A DNA stretch of 64,000 nucleotides from Convolutriloba macropyga. Its lineage: Eukaryota. The notes under the pieces were generated by a model. That model did no database searches, was not told the origin of the DNA, and saw nothing but the letters and a program-made list of their open reading frames with translations. The first letter of the stretch is position 1, and every line of letters starts with the position of its first letter. Positions 35,690 through 48,643 of this stretch are shown one piece after another. A program made the translations under genes and the position numbers. The stretch covers positions 58,528,001-58,592,000 of the forward strand of contig NC_134473.1 of assembly GCF_964194025.1 (NCBI RefSeq). The letters run 5' to 3'.

Positions 35690-38600
35690 TAGTCTCCATC
35701 TGCAGCCGGGAGGCTATTTAATTCTGTTTCAGCTCGAGTTCTGCAATTACATGATATCAAAGGCCGGATTATTCTCTCGGTAGCCCCTCTTTATTGGGGA
35801 TTTTAGATTCCGGCAGAAGAAAACTCCCCGAAACTATCAAATTGAAGATAAAAAAACATTGTTCCTCCAGTTGATTACTGGAAGTAGTGTGCTTCTCCGC
35901 TTTTTTAAATTTTTTTAAACCACTGGTAGCAGTGGGTACTCTTGGACTTTAATCCCTATTGCCATTGGTAGCATTGGCAAATGACGTAGGTTTTGAATAT
36001 GCCGACGCGATTGCAAAAATTCGAAGAAGAGTCTCATGGAAAAAGATCAATTGCAAGAACGACTTACGCCCTGTTGTCAGCAAGGTTTTAGTCCCAAAAA
36101 ACTTTGACATTACACAAGAATCTTTTAGGTGGGTTTTGCGCAGCTTCTAGACCAAGGGAACCTAAGAACTATGCAAGTGTGCTGGTTGATAATCTACGGC
36201 AAGAGAACAAAGCTCGATCTTGTATTGAACGAGAAATACGCAACGAACAAATTCAACAAGACAATAAGAAATTGAATTTAGTTGTCAAGGGCTCTTGTCC
36301 TTCTGAGGCAATTAATGACCTTGATCTATTAAAAGAAATAGTCAGCGAAATTGGTTCCACAGCTGTTAATCAAGATTTCGAAACAAAACGAATTGGAAAA
36401 ATACACGAAAGCAATGGAAGGCAACTTTTGTTAATCAAGTTCAAAGATGCAATGAAGTGAAAAGGGTTCTTAAGAAATTCCATTAAGTTGAGATTGTCAT
36501 CAGAATATCATAACAAATTTGCGGACCCCGATTTGACTAAATCCGAGCGTGAAAAAATTCATTTTCAAAAATGGCCGCGTTATTGAATCGAAGTGACTAA
36601 ATTTGCGTCCTAAAAATTGCCAAGAAAATGCGAGATAAACTTCTTGCTTCTCAATGTCCAAAGTATTCTTACGAGCGAGCGCAGAATGAATCTCTGAGGG
36701 CTGATTCTTCAACAAATGCCTGCGGTAATTGGTATTGTTGAAACGTGGCTCGATGACTCCGTCTGCGATTCTTCTCTATTTTGTGGTTTGTCTTATTCAA
36801 GTTTGAGAAGAGCAGATGGAAAACAAGCAAAATATGGTGGGCTCCGCTATTGAAGGCACTTTCTTCAGCAGTATTAAGGTTTTGGATTTAAAAATCTCAG
36901 ACTACTTCATTAGTTGTATTCTATTTTCCCAAAACTTTTCGTTGGGAGTTCTTCGGTTTTCTTTGCCTCCAAGGGGTTCCAAAATTTTTTTTATCGGCGG
37001 TCATATGAGTGCAAGAAGAGTTACAAAACTTTTTGACAAACTTTTTTGAGTTTGAGGTTTTCAAATCTTCCTTTAAACCTAATGATTTCCAAGTGCTCCT
37101 ATTTGGTGACTTAAATTTCCCTGATGTCAACTGGGATGCTCATAAAAAAAACACTGAATTCAATCCATTATTGCTGTGCAAAAAGAAATAAGTAGATTGC
37201 GCAAAACAAAATGACAGTGCAAAGTATCAATAATAATAGCAATGTCATTAATGAAAAATTTATTCGAATTGGAACGCAAGAAAAGTTAGTTTTTGAACCT
37301 TACATGTTTCCAAGAAAAACAATCCGATAACTGCATGCAAGAGTCTCCTTTAAATTGCTCAAAAACATGATTAAGGATTTGTTTGAATTTTTTTTATTTT
37401 CGTTCTTTCTTAAGAGACAAGGTAAAGAACTTTCTAGTTTTGAGCTCTTGAATTTATAGCCCCAGTACTCGAGTCCAGTTCTTTCATTTTTGTCAATTTT
37501 CCAGGTTTTAAGTTCACGGCCCCTGCTTTATCAAATGCTGGTAGTTGGTTGGTTTTAATCTTCCAGATGTAATTAATTCGCTTTAATTTCAAAAAATTAT
37601 GCATAGGTAGAATTTTATGCTTTAGTTTCAGATCTCTAGATGAATCAAACTTTTTCCTAAAGAAGCTAGCTTTAACTGCCCAATTAAGTGTTCTGTCCAG
37701 TGTTAGAACAAGATTTTGGTTGATAGACTGAATGATAGTTGCTGAGTAATGTACGTGACTCAACACTAATGCGTAGAGTGAGTTTTTTCATATTGTCTGG
37801 AATTGTTCTTCTTATTGTACAAATAGTCTTAATATCGGCAGCCATTTTTTTGTGTTTTGTTTCTTCTTGGAAAGTTAAAAATCAATGTGGACGCCTAAGT
37901 ATTTGATCGCCTCTTTCATCAATGACTACATTGTTAACAACCATTTGTGTATTGGCAGTTCGTTTTGTTTTCCTAAAGACTATGAACTCTGTTTTAGAGG
38001 CATTGAGACTTAACTCATTTGATTGGAAAAAGGTAATTAACTTTTGTGTTTCCACTTCTTATTTTTTTCCATCTTCGATTGAGGTATTGGATGTGAGAAC
38101 GATTGTGTCATCTGCATATTGAATAAGCTCTGTTTCGTTGTCAAGGTATTTATGCATGTCATTTATGTATAAATTGAACAGCAGTGGACCAAGGACCGTT
38201 CCTTGAGAAACTCCTCTTGTGAGTTCAACTGGATCCGATAGAATCTTTTGTATTTTTACTTGCTGCTCGCAATGAGACAGAAAATTTTTGATTAATAGCC
38301 TAGACGATGTATTAAAACCTACCATATCTAATTTTCATCAAGAATTTTTTGGTTTATAGAATCGAAAGCCTTGGATAAATCCAGTAGCGCAGCAGATACA
38401 TATTTACTGTTATCAGTTTCTGATCGTATAAACTCAGTACAGTACGTGATTGCATCTGTGGTTGAAAATCTTTTTTTAAATCCATATTGCGTTTTGGTGA
38501 TCAACTTTTCACTCCATAAGTAATCTATAATTTGGTCTCTGAGAGGAGTTTCAAAAATTTTTGATATACATGGTGTGAGTGGAATTGATCTATAGTTGTC

Positions 38601-41600
38601 TGGATCCTCTGTGTCCCCTTTTTTGAAAAGTGGTATTACAATGGCTTTCTTTAAAGACTTTGGAAAACTTAGTTATTTGATGGATTGATTTAATATGAAT
38701 GACAGATGTGGAACAAGTTCCGACGCTGCATCTTTAAGTGCCCATGCTGGTATCGATGAGGGGCCTTGTGGTTTACTTACCTTGAGATGACGTAAGGCGT
38801 GACATTCCTTATCTGTGACAAAACGGAAACTGAATGTTCGTTTTGAAGGGTTGTTTTTCTCTCTAAGGCCCCTGTAAACTTTTGATCCTTTGTATTGGCC
38901 AAGTTGAGAAAATCGAAAATTAAGAAGGTTTGCCATTTCTTTAATCTCCGTTATGTAGTCTCCGAAAACGTTTCTCAAACATTTAATGTCCGTTTGCGTT
39001 TTTCTCTGATTCCGTATTTCATTCATCAGTTGCCACTTTTGCCTGTCCGTTGTCGCAGCTTCAATAAGATCTGCGTAAAATTTGTTGAAATCATTTGTTT
39101 GTGATTTTAAAAATCTTGCTTTAGTTTAAAAAATGGAGATTCAGACGAACATTTTATCTATTCAGACGAACAAAAGTCGAACAATTTATCTATTCAGACG
39201 AACAAATGGAGATTCAGACGAACAAAAGTCTATACATTCAGACGAACAATTTATCCTGGACTACTTATCTCAAGTAGTCTTGTCTTCGTTTCACATTCTT
39301 GATCTTGTCTTCTTGATCTTGTCTTCGTTTCACATTCTTGATCTTGTCTTCGTTTCACATTCTGATTTATAGGACTATGTGATACTCAATTCTTCGTGCT
39401 CAGATCATAATCCCACCATCATAAAGTATGCACAGGGAAATCTTTCTGCTTCAATATCATCCGACTATTTAGTTACCAGCTTTAAAAAAAACGTCTTTGA
39501 ATACTCATTTGTATCAGGTGCTGCATGTGGCATACGAGTTAATAATTTTTTCTCTTACTGGAAGTCAAATTTTGATTATGCCCTGGCCCTTGACTTAAAA
39601 CAAAAACGCATGAAACGGAGGAACATGCCATTTTAATACTCATCTTTGACTGTTCACCATGTTAAAAAATTACGATCTGCTAGACGGCGGTATGCGAGTT
39701 CTTGCAGCATTGCAAAATTGGAAAACGAACTCAATGAATTTATAAAAGCTGCCCTTCTGTCCTCCTTTCAATATTTTACAGAGAATGACGCCTTCAAATT
39801 AATGAACCAGTTATCCGGTAGGGCCAATTACCCCAGCAAAATTTTTTGGAAAGATTGCTCAGCAGAAACCGTAGACGAAAAAGCCAACCTATTCAACCTA
39901 TTTTTTAAATCTGTATTTAAAAAGATGGGTAATGCAATGTTTCAGCGCTACTCCGGCAACTCCGACATGTTTCTCTCCGACATTGTTATAGAGACCACAA
40001 AAATTTGCTTGGAAACAAAAGATGCCACCGGAATCCCTTGCGACCTGTGATGATGTACCACCTTGTGTTTGGAGTTCATGTGATGAAGTTTTAGCGGCTC
40101 ACGTTCATCAGTTATTTTCTCACATTTTGGAAACGTGCGAGTGGCCTGAATTTTGGAAATGTGCTTTTGTAACCCCAAAACAAAATAAGGAGTCCAAGAA
40201 CAATGTTGAAAATTATAGGCCTATCTCCATCCTTCCGCGATTGTCTTTACTTTTTGAACGACTTATTTTCGATTTTTTGTACCCCGAAATTACGTTATAA
40301 ACTCTAAGCAGCATGGATTCAGAAGCGGTCATTCAACAATTACTCAATTACTTGTATATCATGATGAAATTTACGCTAATTTTGACAAAGAACAGGTAGT
40401 TGTATATCTAGACTTCTTCAAAGCCTTTGACTGCGTAAACTTCAATATTTTACTGACGAAATTGTTATCATTTGGACTTGATGATCGATTTCAAATCAAA
40501 TCGTAATAATTTGGGCAAACTCGGCGCGTCAGAATTGATGGACATTTGTCAGCCAATGTTGACATAACAAGTGGTGTACCCCAAGGCAGCGTTCTTGGTC
40601 AGCTTTTATTCCTCTTGTATATAGATGACATGCTATCATTACCTGAAAATTCCTGTTGTTACTGTTTTACTGATGATACAAAACTTTTTGTCATCAGGTC
40701 ACGATGCTTTTGTTAACTGTCAGAACGATCTCAGTTTGCTTTCCAAGTGGTGTGCTGACAATAAATTGAATTTTAATATCAGCTAGTGTGCATTCATCTC
40801 TTTTCGTCCGGAAAGCTCTGGTACACTAACTCCTGATAGTCACTTACTGAAACAGGTAGACGCTACAACTGATCTCGGACTTGAAGTATCCTCAAATTTA
40901 AAATGGGATCTGCATTTACGCACAAAACTATCTCGGTCGAGAAACAATTTCGACTACTTGAGGCACAATGCACCATACATTCTGCCAAGCAGAGTCAAAT
41001 TGAACTTGTATTATGCTTGCGTTTTATCGACGCTTCCGTATGGATCACACGTCTGGAGTCCAGATGTGTCTCATATTCCGTTAATGGAGAAGTTTCATCT
41101 GAAATGGTTTTCATGGTGTTTTGGTAGGACGGACTATTTATCGCTATTGCGCCGCGCCTACTGCCTCCCGATATCTTATCATTTGATTGAACGCGATCTC
41201 AATTTCTTTTTAGCAATTAGAGTTGGAAGAAGCTGCATTCAGTTTGACAATTACTTTACGATTAGGCAGAAAAAAAGATCTTTACGCAGCGATACTGTTC
41301 AACATATGTCTTCGTCTGGCTATAAGAGAAACCTAACAGGAAGATCATTGTTTCATCGAATTGTAACAGTGGTCAATGATTTCAATGATTTTGAAGTCTT
41401 CAATCAGAACATCTTATAAAGACATTCTTTCAAAAACTGCGTGACTCTAAGTACAATTTTAATCAACCTTGCACTCGGCCAGTAAAATGCCACTGTTCTA
41501 TTTGCAGATCTTAGCTCACTATTTGTTTTAATTAATGTGTTTTAAAATTAATTTATGAGTTACCTTCTGTGCAGGCCTCTCTTTGTACTGTTAAAATTCC

Positions 41601-41648
41601 ATAATTGATAAATTCAAGTCCTTTACTACTACTACTATTACTACTACT
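35690..41648 (+). mobile_element. Near full-length degenerate CR1/L2-type LINE inserted into the gypsy RNase H
   Basis: ORF1 remnant (KKLNLVVKG...KRIGK...RQLLLIKF...PDLTKSER). APE motifs (LNVQS, ETWL, GDLNFPDVNW, LDLVF, SDH). RT motifs (YRPISILP, LDFFKAFD, GVPQGSVLG, FTDD). Cys-rich C-terminus CHCSICRS*; (TAC)n tail at 41624-41650. Confidence 0.92.
37148..39128 (-). mobile_element. 5'-truncated CR1/L2-type LINE inserted inverted into the APE region of the outer LINE
   Basis: ORFs 38673..39026, 38059..38325 (GVSQGTVLGPLLFNLYINDM...QYADDT) and 37434..37766. The outer APE stops at DVNWDAH (~37143) and resumes at ~39133. Confidence 0.92.
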
Positions 41649-44527
41649 ATGCACCCGTCAGTTTTGGATCTAGAATTTTCCACCCAAACCAACTTAACTT
41701 AAACTTTCGATATTAAACTTGCGATAGAATTCCTCGCAGTTCACTTTGCCCTAGAAACCTTTGCAAATATTATACGGGGATGTAAAAAACCAGTCCTCAT
41801 TTTGCCAGACAAAAGATCAGTAACCAGTTTCTCTCGAACAAAAATCATACCGCCAACACTTTGGAATCCTCTCGATCATGTACTCAGCTTTGCCATCATA
41901 CTGGGACACATACCCCGAAAAGCTAATTTAGCAGCGGATTATCTGTCGAGAACACATATAAACCCGAAAGAGAAGCTCGAGCTACGCATCAACTTACGCG
42001 TACCGACGCACGAAATCGAGATCAACACAACAGCAGATACACCTGATAACTCAATCAGTCATCTGAGCAACTCAGCAGATGACGATACCCAAAATTATGA
42101 ACACATACTTACTTGATATTAAACAAACCAACGGAGAAGATCTTATGAATGTTCGAGCTGACGTTCAACTGAAAATTCTTGCACCTGCAACCCAAAAAAC
42201 AAAAACCATGCATGAATAAAACCCACTGGATGAATTCATCACTCATGGGAACGGATCTTTAGACAAGCCTGCCGCGCAACAAGTCAAAGATATCAAACGG
42301 GTACTGCTCTGGTTTGAGAGTTTCACCGACTACAGGACAATATCTATCTAGTGACCTAAAAAGTATCTCAAGCAGTTCCCAAGACTAGCGATAACAGAAG
42401 GCGTCCTTCATAGGAAGTTCTATAACCACACTGTAAACCAATTTGTTAAACAATATTGCCTCCCTTCGCACTTAAAGACGGAATTACTCTACAGAACTCA
42501 CAACAGTTTTTGGAGTCGGCACAAAGGAGTCTCACTGACAATAGCAGAATTCAGAAAACGATTTTACTTCCCGAACTTCATTGAAGGGCTAACAGAATAT
42601 ATCAGAAACTGTCCCAAATGCTTGCAAACAAAACCAGCACCAACATCTGCATTGAAACCTCCAGTACAACCAATTTTGCCCCTGCAAAAACATCCCCGCA
42701 TACCTCTTACTTATAGATCTGGTGGGAAATAAGCACACTTCTCTTCACACGTACATTCTCTCAGGTATTGATGTCTCGAAGTACCTTTTCGCCGAACCTC
42801 TTATGCAAGGCGACGCAGACATCGTAGCACGAGCCCTTGTCTCAATTTGTCTGAGACACTCATACATTCCTGCAAGAATAATATGTGACCTTGGAACTGC
42901 GTTTACCTCCGAACTAATGAGTTGACTAGCACACATTGAAGGTCGAGCTCAAACATTGCACATTGAAACATGCGCAAACCATTGGCTTACTTGAAAGAAA
43001 TCACGCGCCGCTAAAACAAATCTTGAAAAACAACGAAAACTAAACTTCGTTGGATTGGCACAGACACGTTGACATTGCAGTATTCATAGACAACACAACA
43101 CTCGCATCAGCTCTGGGTTGCACGCCGTCTGACGCCTTTCACGGCAGAACATCGAGAAATGCCTTGGACCTCAGATGTCAAAAAAACAACAAAACTTTGG
43201 GAGTCTCAAAATGCGACCGCATCAAAGAACTACAAGATAAACCTACGGAGCTTTTCTCCAGTGTAAAAGACAAAATATCTCGTCATATCCGATATACAAA
43301 AAGTACTATGACAGAAAAGCAAACGCTACACCCTTAAAAACCAAACCACACTGTTTGATTTTTGACCCAAGAAGCACAACACAAGTAGCAAGGATCAATA
43401 ACAGCAAAGCAGGTGGATCCCATTATACAGAGTAGGAAAATTGCTCACGAATAAAAACTACATTGTAAGCAAAACCAACACAAATTACACGCAATGTATC
43501 CATCGAACGAGACTTTGACCTGTGAAATCACAATATCGAGTAGAAGATCTTGAACATGTAGATCCCGGAAACTTTGAAGCAGATCCCACCATACCAGAAG
43601 AGAAAGAACCGGAGCTGTTCGAAATTCACGTCAGGCACCACAGTAACGAAGACAACATGCAGCTACCCATAACAACACCAGATGTCCAGTCAGTTTCCTT
43701 CAACTCAAAAAATCAAACAGCTAACTTTTCTTCCGAAGACCCACCAACACAATTTCATGATATGACACAAGAACCAACGTCTGACCAAGATACAGTCTTG
43801 GTGGAAGGCTCACTTGCAAGCGCAAACACACAAGCAACACCAGAACTAATTGATACAGGAGATTACGTCTTCTCAAACAACTCAAACTTCTTACCGTCCG
43901 ATAGTCGTTTTGGCTCAAATCCACGATACAAACTTCGCAGAAACGATCATCTGCATTGGCCCGAGAAAACTCGCTATATAACCTCTTGCAATACGCAGAA
44001 ACGGAAAAGCAAGAAGAGGTAAAAGTAATCATTTCTTCCCACTTGACTACCTCCCAGACCCATATCTGACAATTGATACACCAGAAACTGATTACGATGA
44101 GAGCATCCCAGACTCACAAGAAACAAGCTTGCAGTCGCGAAACCAGAGTCTCACTGACTTTACGTTCGATTAATCTGGAAATCTTGGCGAATTATTTGAA
44201 TTTAATAGTCCCGTCTATACTCCCCCAAAATTGGACTCTACAGACGAAACCTTATACCAGACCAACTCGATCGTCGACATTTACCAAAACAAAAACACCT
44301 CAAGCGACATTTCACAAATCAAAACTAACGAGAGCAAAAGCGCTATTGACGAACACGAAACTCCAGGAACATCTTCACCACTTCCCCAACGAGTAACCAA
44401 CAGAGAACTAGCGGACCTCGGCCAAGTTCTTCAAAACCGACGGAGAATTGTTCCGCTAACACTTCACCGTCGGGAGATCAACGGCAATCTTCACCAAGCT
44501 TTTGGCTACGAAGATGACAGCCAATAG
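41648..44527 (+). mobile_element. Ty3/gypsy pol, 3' part: RNase H, integrase and long low-complexity C-terminal extension (pseudogenised)
   Basis: YAPVSFGSRIF and HIPRKANLAADYLSR (RNase H). HN....RHKG...C..C zinc finger; IDLVG / CDLGTAFTS / GLLERNH catalytic core. RT-RH-IN order indicates Ty3/gypsy. Confidence 0.93.
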
Positions 44528-44843
44528 GAATTAAGCACCAATACTCTATTATACATACACATTGCATACGTCACCAACCAATGAAAAAACACAAAAAATC
44601 GTAATTTAAAAGAAAATTTCCACAAGTTCAAAATCAGTCGCCGAGATTCGAATTCAACTTCACAAATAAACCCAGTTACCAAAACGCTCAACCTCATATT
44701 ACTTTTACGACAACTTTTACCCTTGATGAAAATGAACCAGCCATCGATGGCAACAAAAGATGGTGTATTATTCAGTCGCCCAGTACCTCAAAATCAGTCG
44801 CCCAGAGATTCGAATTCAACTTCAAACAAACCCAGTTACCAAA

Positions 44844-46610
44844 ATGCTCAACCTTGTACAACTTTTACGACAACTTTTACCCTTGATGAAAACGAACCAG
44901 CCATCGGTGGCAACAAAAGATGGAGTATTATTCAACATTTATCCGATTTATCCGAAAATTCTACTGACTGAAAAATGTCAATACTGAAATCCTGGTCCCC
45001 TACCCAATATATAACAAAACAGTGGAAGACAAACTGATCAACCCGCCAAAATAGATAGACAAAATGAGGACTTCAGAAAATTACGGATGCCCATTGAACT
45101 TCACTAATATGACTGACTCGACAGCAGGCCTCCACTGTATAGCGCAACAAACAATGATAGAAAACCAACAGGCCCAACACTACATTGTAAACCTCAAATC
45201 GGAAATGAACACACTACTAAGAGGAAACAGTCAAACTTCTACAACACTGCAAATACAATCCCGCGGTGCGGCTGCCACAGCAGCAGCCGCCACAGTGCTT
45301 GGAATTGGAATAGGAACAGGCGACAAATTACCAAATCAAATCAGTGTTTGGAGGATGCGTGAAAAGAGTGGCTAGAAACCAGAAAAACAGACAAGCAATG
45401 GCTTATCTCCAATACCTAATCAACCATGTTGAAAAATCACAATCCAAAACAATGAAAAATTCTATGTATCAAGTGAACTGAAAGCCATCAAAGAAGCCCA
45501 GAACGAAATAATTGAGACACAAAACAGGAACTGCGAATTTGCTGAAGGACAATTCAAGGCGTTGCGACAAAACGTACATCACATGAGCAACTGCATCCAA
45601 TACTTACACGTAAGAGAACAAATCAATCAACATAGTCTATTACTTGACAGTATTTTTCAAGCAATACTTGCTAACATCAAAACATACCACTAGGCCCTTT
45701 ATACGTTTCGAACCAATATAGTGAAAGCCTTGACGCCTCTCATGTAACAACTATTACCAATGTCACTAGTTCCAAGGGAGCAGTTACATGAAAATCTTAC
45801 GATTGTTGATTAGCAACAAAATGGAAAACGGGATCGATTATCTCTAGCCGTACCTATCCAAGAGATTCTCTCATATTATGAAACGAAACTAGTCACATAT
45901 GTCGAAGCAATTCAGGCAGGTCTTATACTTACACTTGCAATCCCAATGGCTTCAAAAAGTACAGTTATGATCCTATTTCATGCCATTCCGATCACAATGC
46001 CGCACGGGTATACGGGCAAAGCTTTAGTTTGGCAACTTGAGGCTAAATACATGGCCGTCTCAGACGACGGAGAAGAACTAGCGTTTATCGATGAAGACGA
46101 GCTCGCAAATTGCATCGGATCCCAAAAATACGCAATATGCACCAAAGCCATTCCTACAGAACAGAATTATCAGTCCTGTATGGCAACTTAACTTTGCCAC
46201 GATGACGAGCTACTTGCATTGCAACGCTGTCAACTGGATGTAGTAGAATTGGCGTTGACTGAAAAAGCACGCAATCTCGGCATCGGTCGTTGGTTAATAA
46301 CCTCGTCCAAGGACGATTATACACTCATCGAAAGCGCTGGTAATGGCAGCAATCAATTGGCAAGAATCGAGCATCCTGGGATGTGGAAAACAGCTTAGAT
46401 GGCCAGATGTTTATCTTCGCTCAGATCTCACTTCTTGTGAGACAGTACCGGCAACACGGTTAGATTTTCAATTACCAGATCCAATAAGCACACTCTTCAA
46501 ACTACTGCCTCCATTGGACGAAATACCAAACTTCTCAACAAGATCTGAGGCACAAATTCAAATTCTTTGACAAATTCAACCAGAATTCAAACAAATTGAA
46601 TCCCTTACCC
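44844..46610 (+). pseudogene. env-like ORF3 remnant: class I fusion glycoprotein, baculovirus F / errantivirus env type
   Basis: Cleavage-site-like IQSR followed by hydrophobic GAAATAAAATVLGIGIG, then heptad-rich helices. Next come LTLAIPM...LFHAIPITMP...KYMAVS...LANCIGSQKYAIC...SCMAT, with F-protein-like Cys spacing. No transmembrane segment is visible; stops and frameshifts present. Confidence 0.75.
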
Positions 46611-46670
46611 TAGCTTACCCTTACAGCCCTTTGATCTTTCCCACATTGTTCCCATATTATGGAAGCACTG

Positions 46671-46738
46671 GAACCCGCCGCGATTTAAACCCGGAACCCC
46701 AGCTCTACGGTCAGCGATACTAACCACAGAAGTAAGTC
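46671..46738 (-). pseudogene. tRNA-like fragment at the point where env breaks off
   Basis: Minus strand GTGGTTAGTATCGCTG...CCGGGTTTAAATCGCGG, A/B-box-like. Confidence 0.45.
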
Positions 46739-47737
46739 ACTTGTTGAAAGTTATCAATTATATTCAGTTCTACTCTGCCGCAATTTAGAAAATTTGTGTC
46801 AGTAGTGAAAAGCAAAATTTAAGTGAAATTTTTTCAAAAATTACGATTTAACTGCATTCTTAAAAGTCCTACATAGACCAGATGGACCCATTCGCCTCCA
46901 GGATAGTACCACGCCATTATACTTGCGAAAAACTACTTCATAATTTTGACATTACTTGAGTATCAAACCGAAACTTTTACCACTTCAAATTACTCTATGA
47001 AAAAAACGAACAAAAATTTACAGAGCAATTCCCCTTAAACCTCCATTTATAAAGTCGCGGATTTGTTCCCTGCCTTTTTAACCAGTAAATTTATTTTGAA
47101 AAAGAATTTATACTGACGCATTGAACAACGGAGTAATAAAAAGCAAAGGAAACTTATCAATTATCCGTTAAAGCGAGAAAAAGAAGGAAATCCATTAACC
47201 CGGAAGGCGAACAGTCTATCAATCACAATGACAGCCTATGATGAAATAATAATCAACACAACCTGGAAAAATTCCCCACAATTCCAATTTCTTAAAATGT
47301 CAAATTCAACCCAGTTCCTCCGCAACATTATCAATCATTCGAACTACTTTCCGCCTGCTACCTACCAGCAACTCTCTTTATTGCTCACTTTACTCTTCAA
47401 ATCTACTACATTTTTCTTAGCGGAGAGAAATTTTTCTTTGCGAAGATTATTTCAAATAACTTGAACATCTTTCTTACATCTAAATGTTTAACCTTTGCAT
47501 TATTTCAAACACCTAATAATGAATCCAGTATATCACTGAAGAATTAAAGTTCAGCCGCGCAATAACACTACATTCAACGGCCAACCAGCTTGTATTACAG
47601 AAAACAGCATTGCCTTTTTTACAGATCGTGAAGCAATAATTAGTATCAACATGCAGCAGGACAATATTGCCAACAATAATTATTCGATTTCTTATCCCCC
47701 TTACAGGGAAAGAGACATCAGCAGTATGGCAACAAAT

Positions 47738-48643
47738 CTTATAAGCTTACAGTCGGGAAATAATTATATTAATGTCAATCTCTATCTTAACTCGGGAGAA
47801 CCAGTTGCAGTAGAACCATCGCAACCGACCACTTCTGGAGGTCCCGAAAGCCCTGACCATACATCAGACCACGATTCTGCTGAATTAAAATTTATTCTGA
47901 TTACTACTCCATCGCAAGTCCCATTCTGAGATGACTCTATGTAAATTTCCTCAATTATTTGCACTCGTATTCTTAAAAAATTTATCTCATTTCTTATCCA
48001 CCAACACCAACTTTCACCAAAAATTGATCAATCAGAAGACACTATTCCTTACATTTCTCTAACCCAACCCCAATTTCCACTTAATTCTTACTCTTTTACT
48101 GAATTTGATATCAAACTTGCAGTCTTTTGTGAATACTTTATATTCCCCTGCAATAGCTTATGCTTCTGGATTAATTTCCTGATGCTTCTGGATTAATTTC
48201 TTATAAGCATACAATCGGAAAATAATTATAATAATGTCAATCTCTATCTTGACTCAAGTGAACCAGTTGCAGTAGAACCATCGCACCCGACCATTTCTGA
48301 TGGTCCCGAAAGCCCTGACCATACATCAGACCACGACTCTGCTGAATTATATTATATTCCGATTACTCCTCCATTACCAGTTCCATTTTGAGATGACTTT
48401 ATGTAAATTTCCTCAATTATTTGCATTTGTATTCTTTTAAAAAATTTATCTCATGTCTTATCTACCAACCCCATATTTCACCAAAAATTGATTAATCAGA
48501 AGACACCAGTCCTTACATTTCTCTAATTCTAACCCAATTTCCACTTAATGCTTACTTTTTTACTGAATTTGATATCAAACTTGAAGTCTTTTGTGAATAC
48601 TTTATATTCCCCTGCAATACCTTATGCTTCTGGATTACTTTCC
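47738..48643 (+). repeat. Tandem duplication of about 460 bp within the retroelement 3' region
   Basis: gaaccagttgcagtagaaccatcgca at ~47798 and ~48260; both units end in ttatgcttctggatta. Confidence 0.92.

Noticed and set aside
39131-39260. Short repeats with variable spacers, superficially CRISPR-like
   Set aside because: Repeats are 12 bp, the spacers are themselves recycled local sequence, the context is eukaryotic and no cas genes are present.
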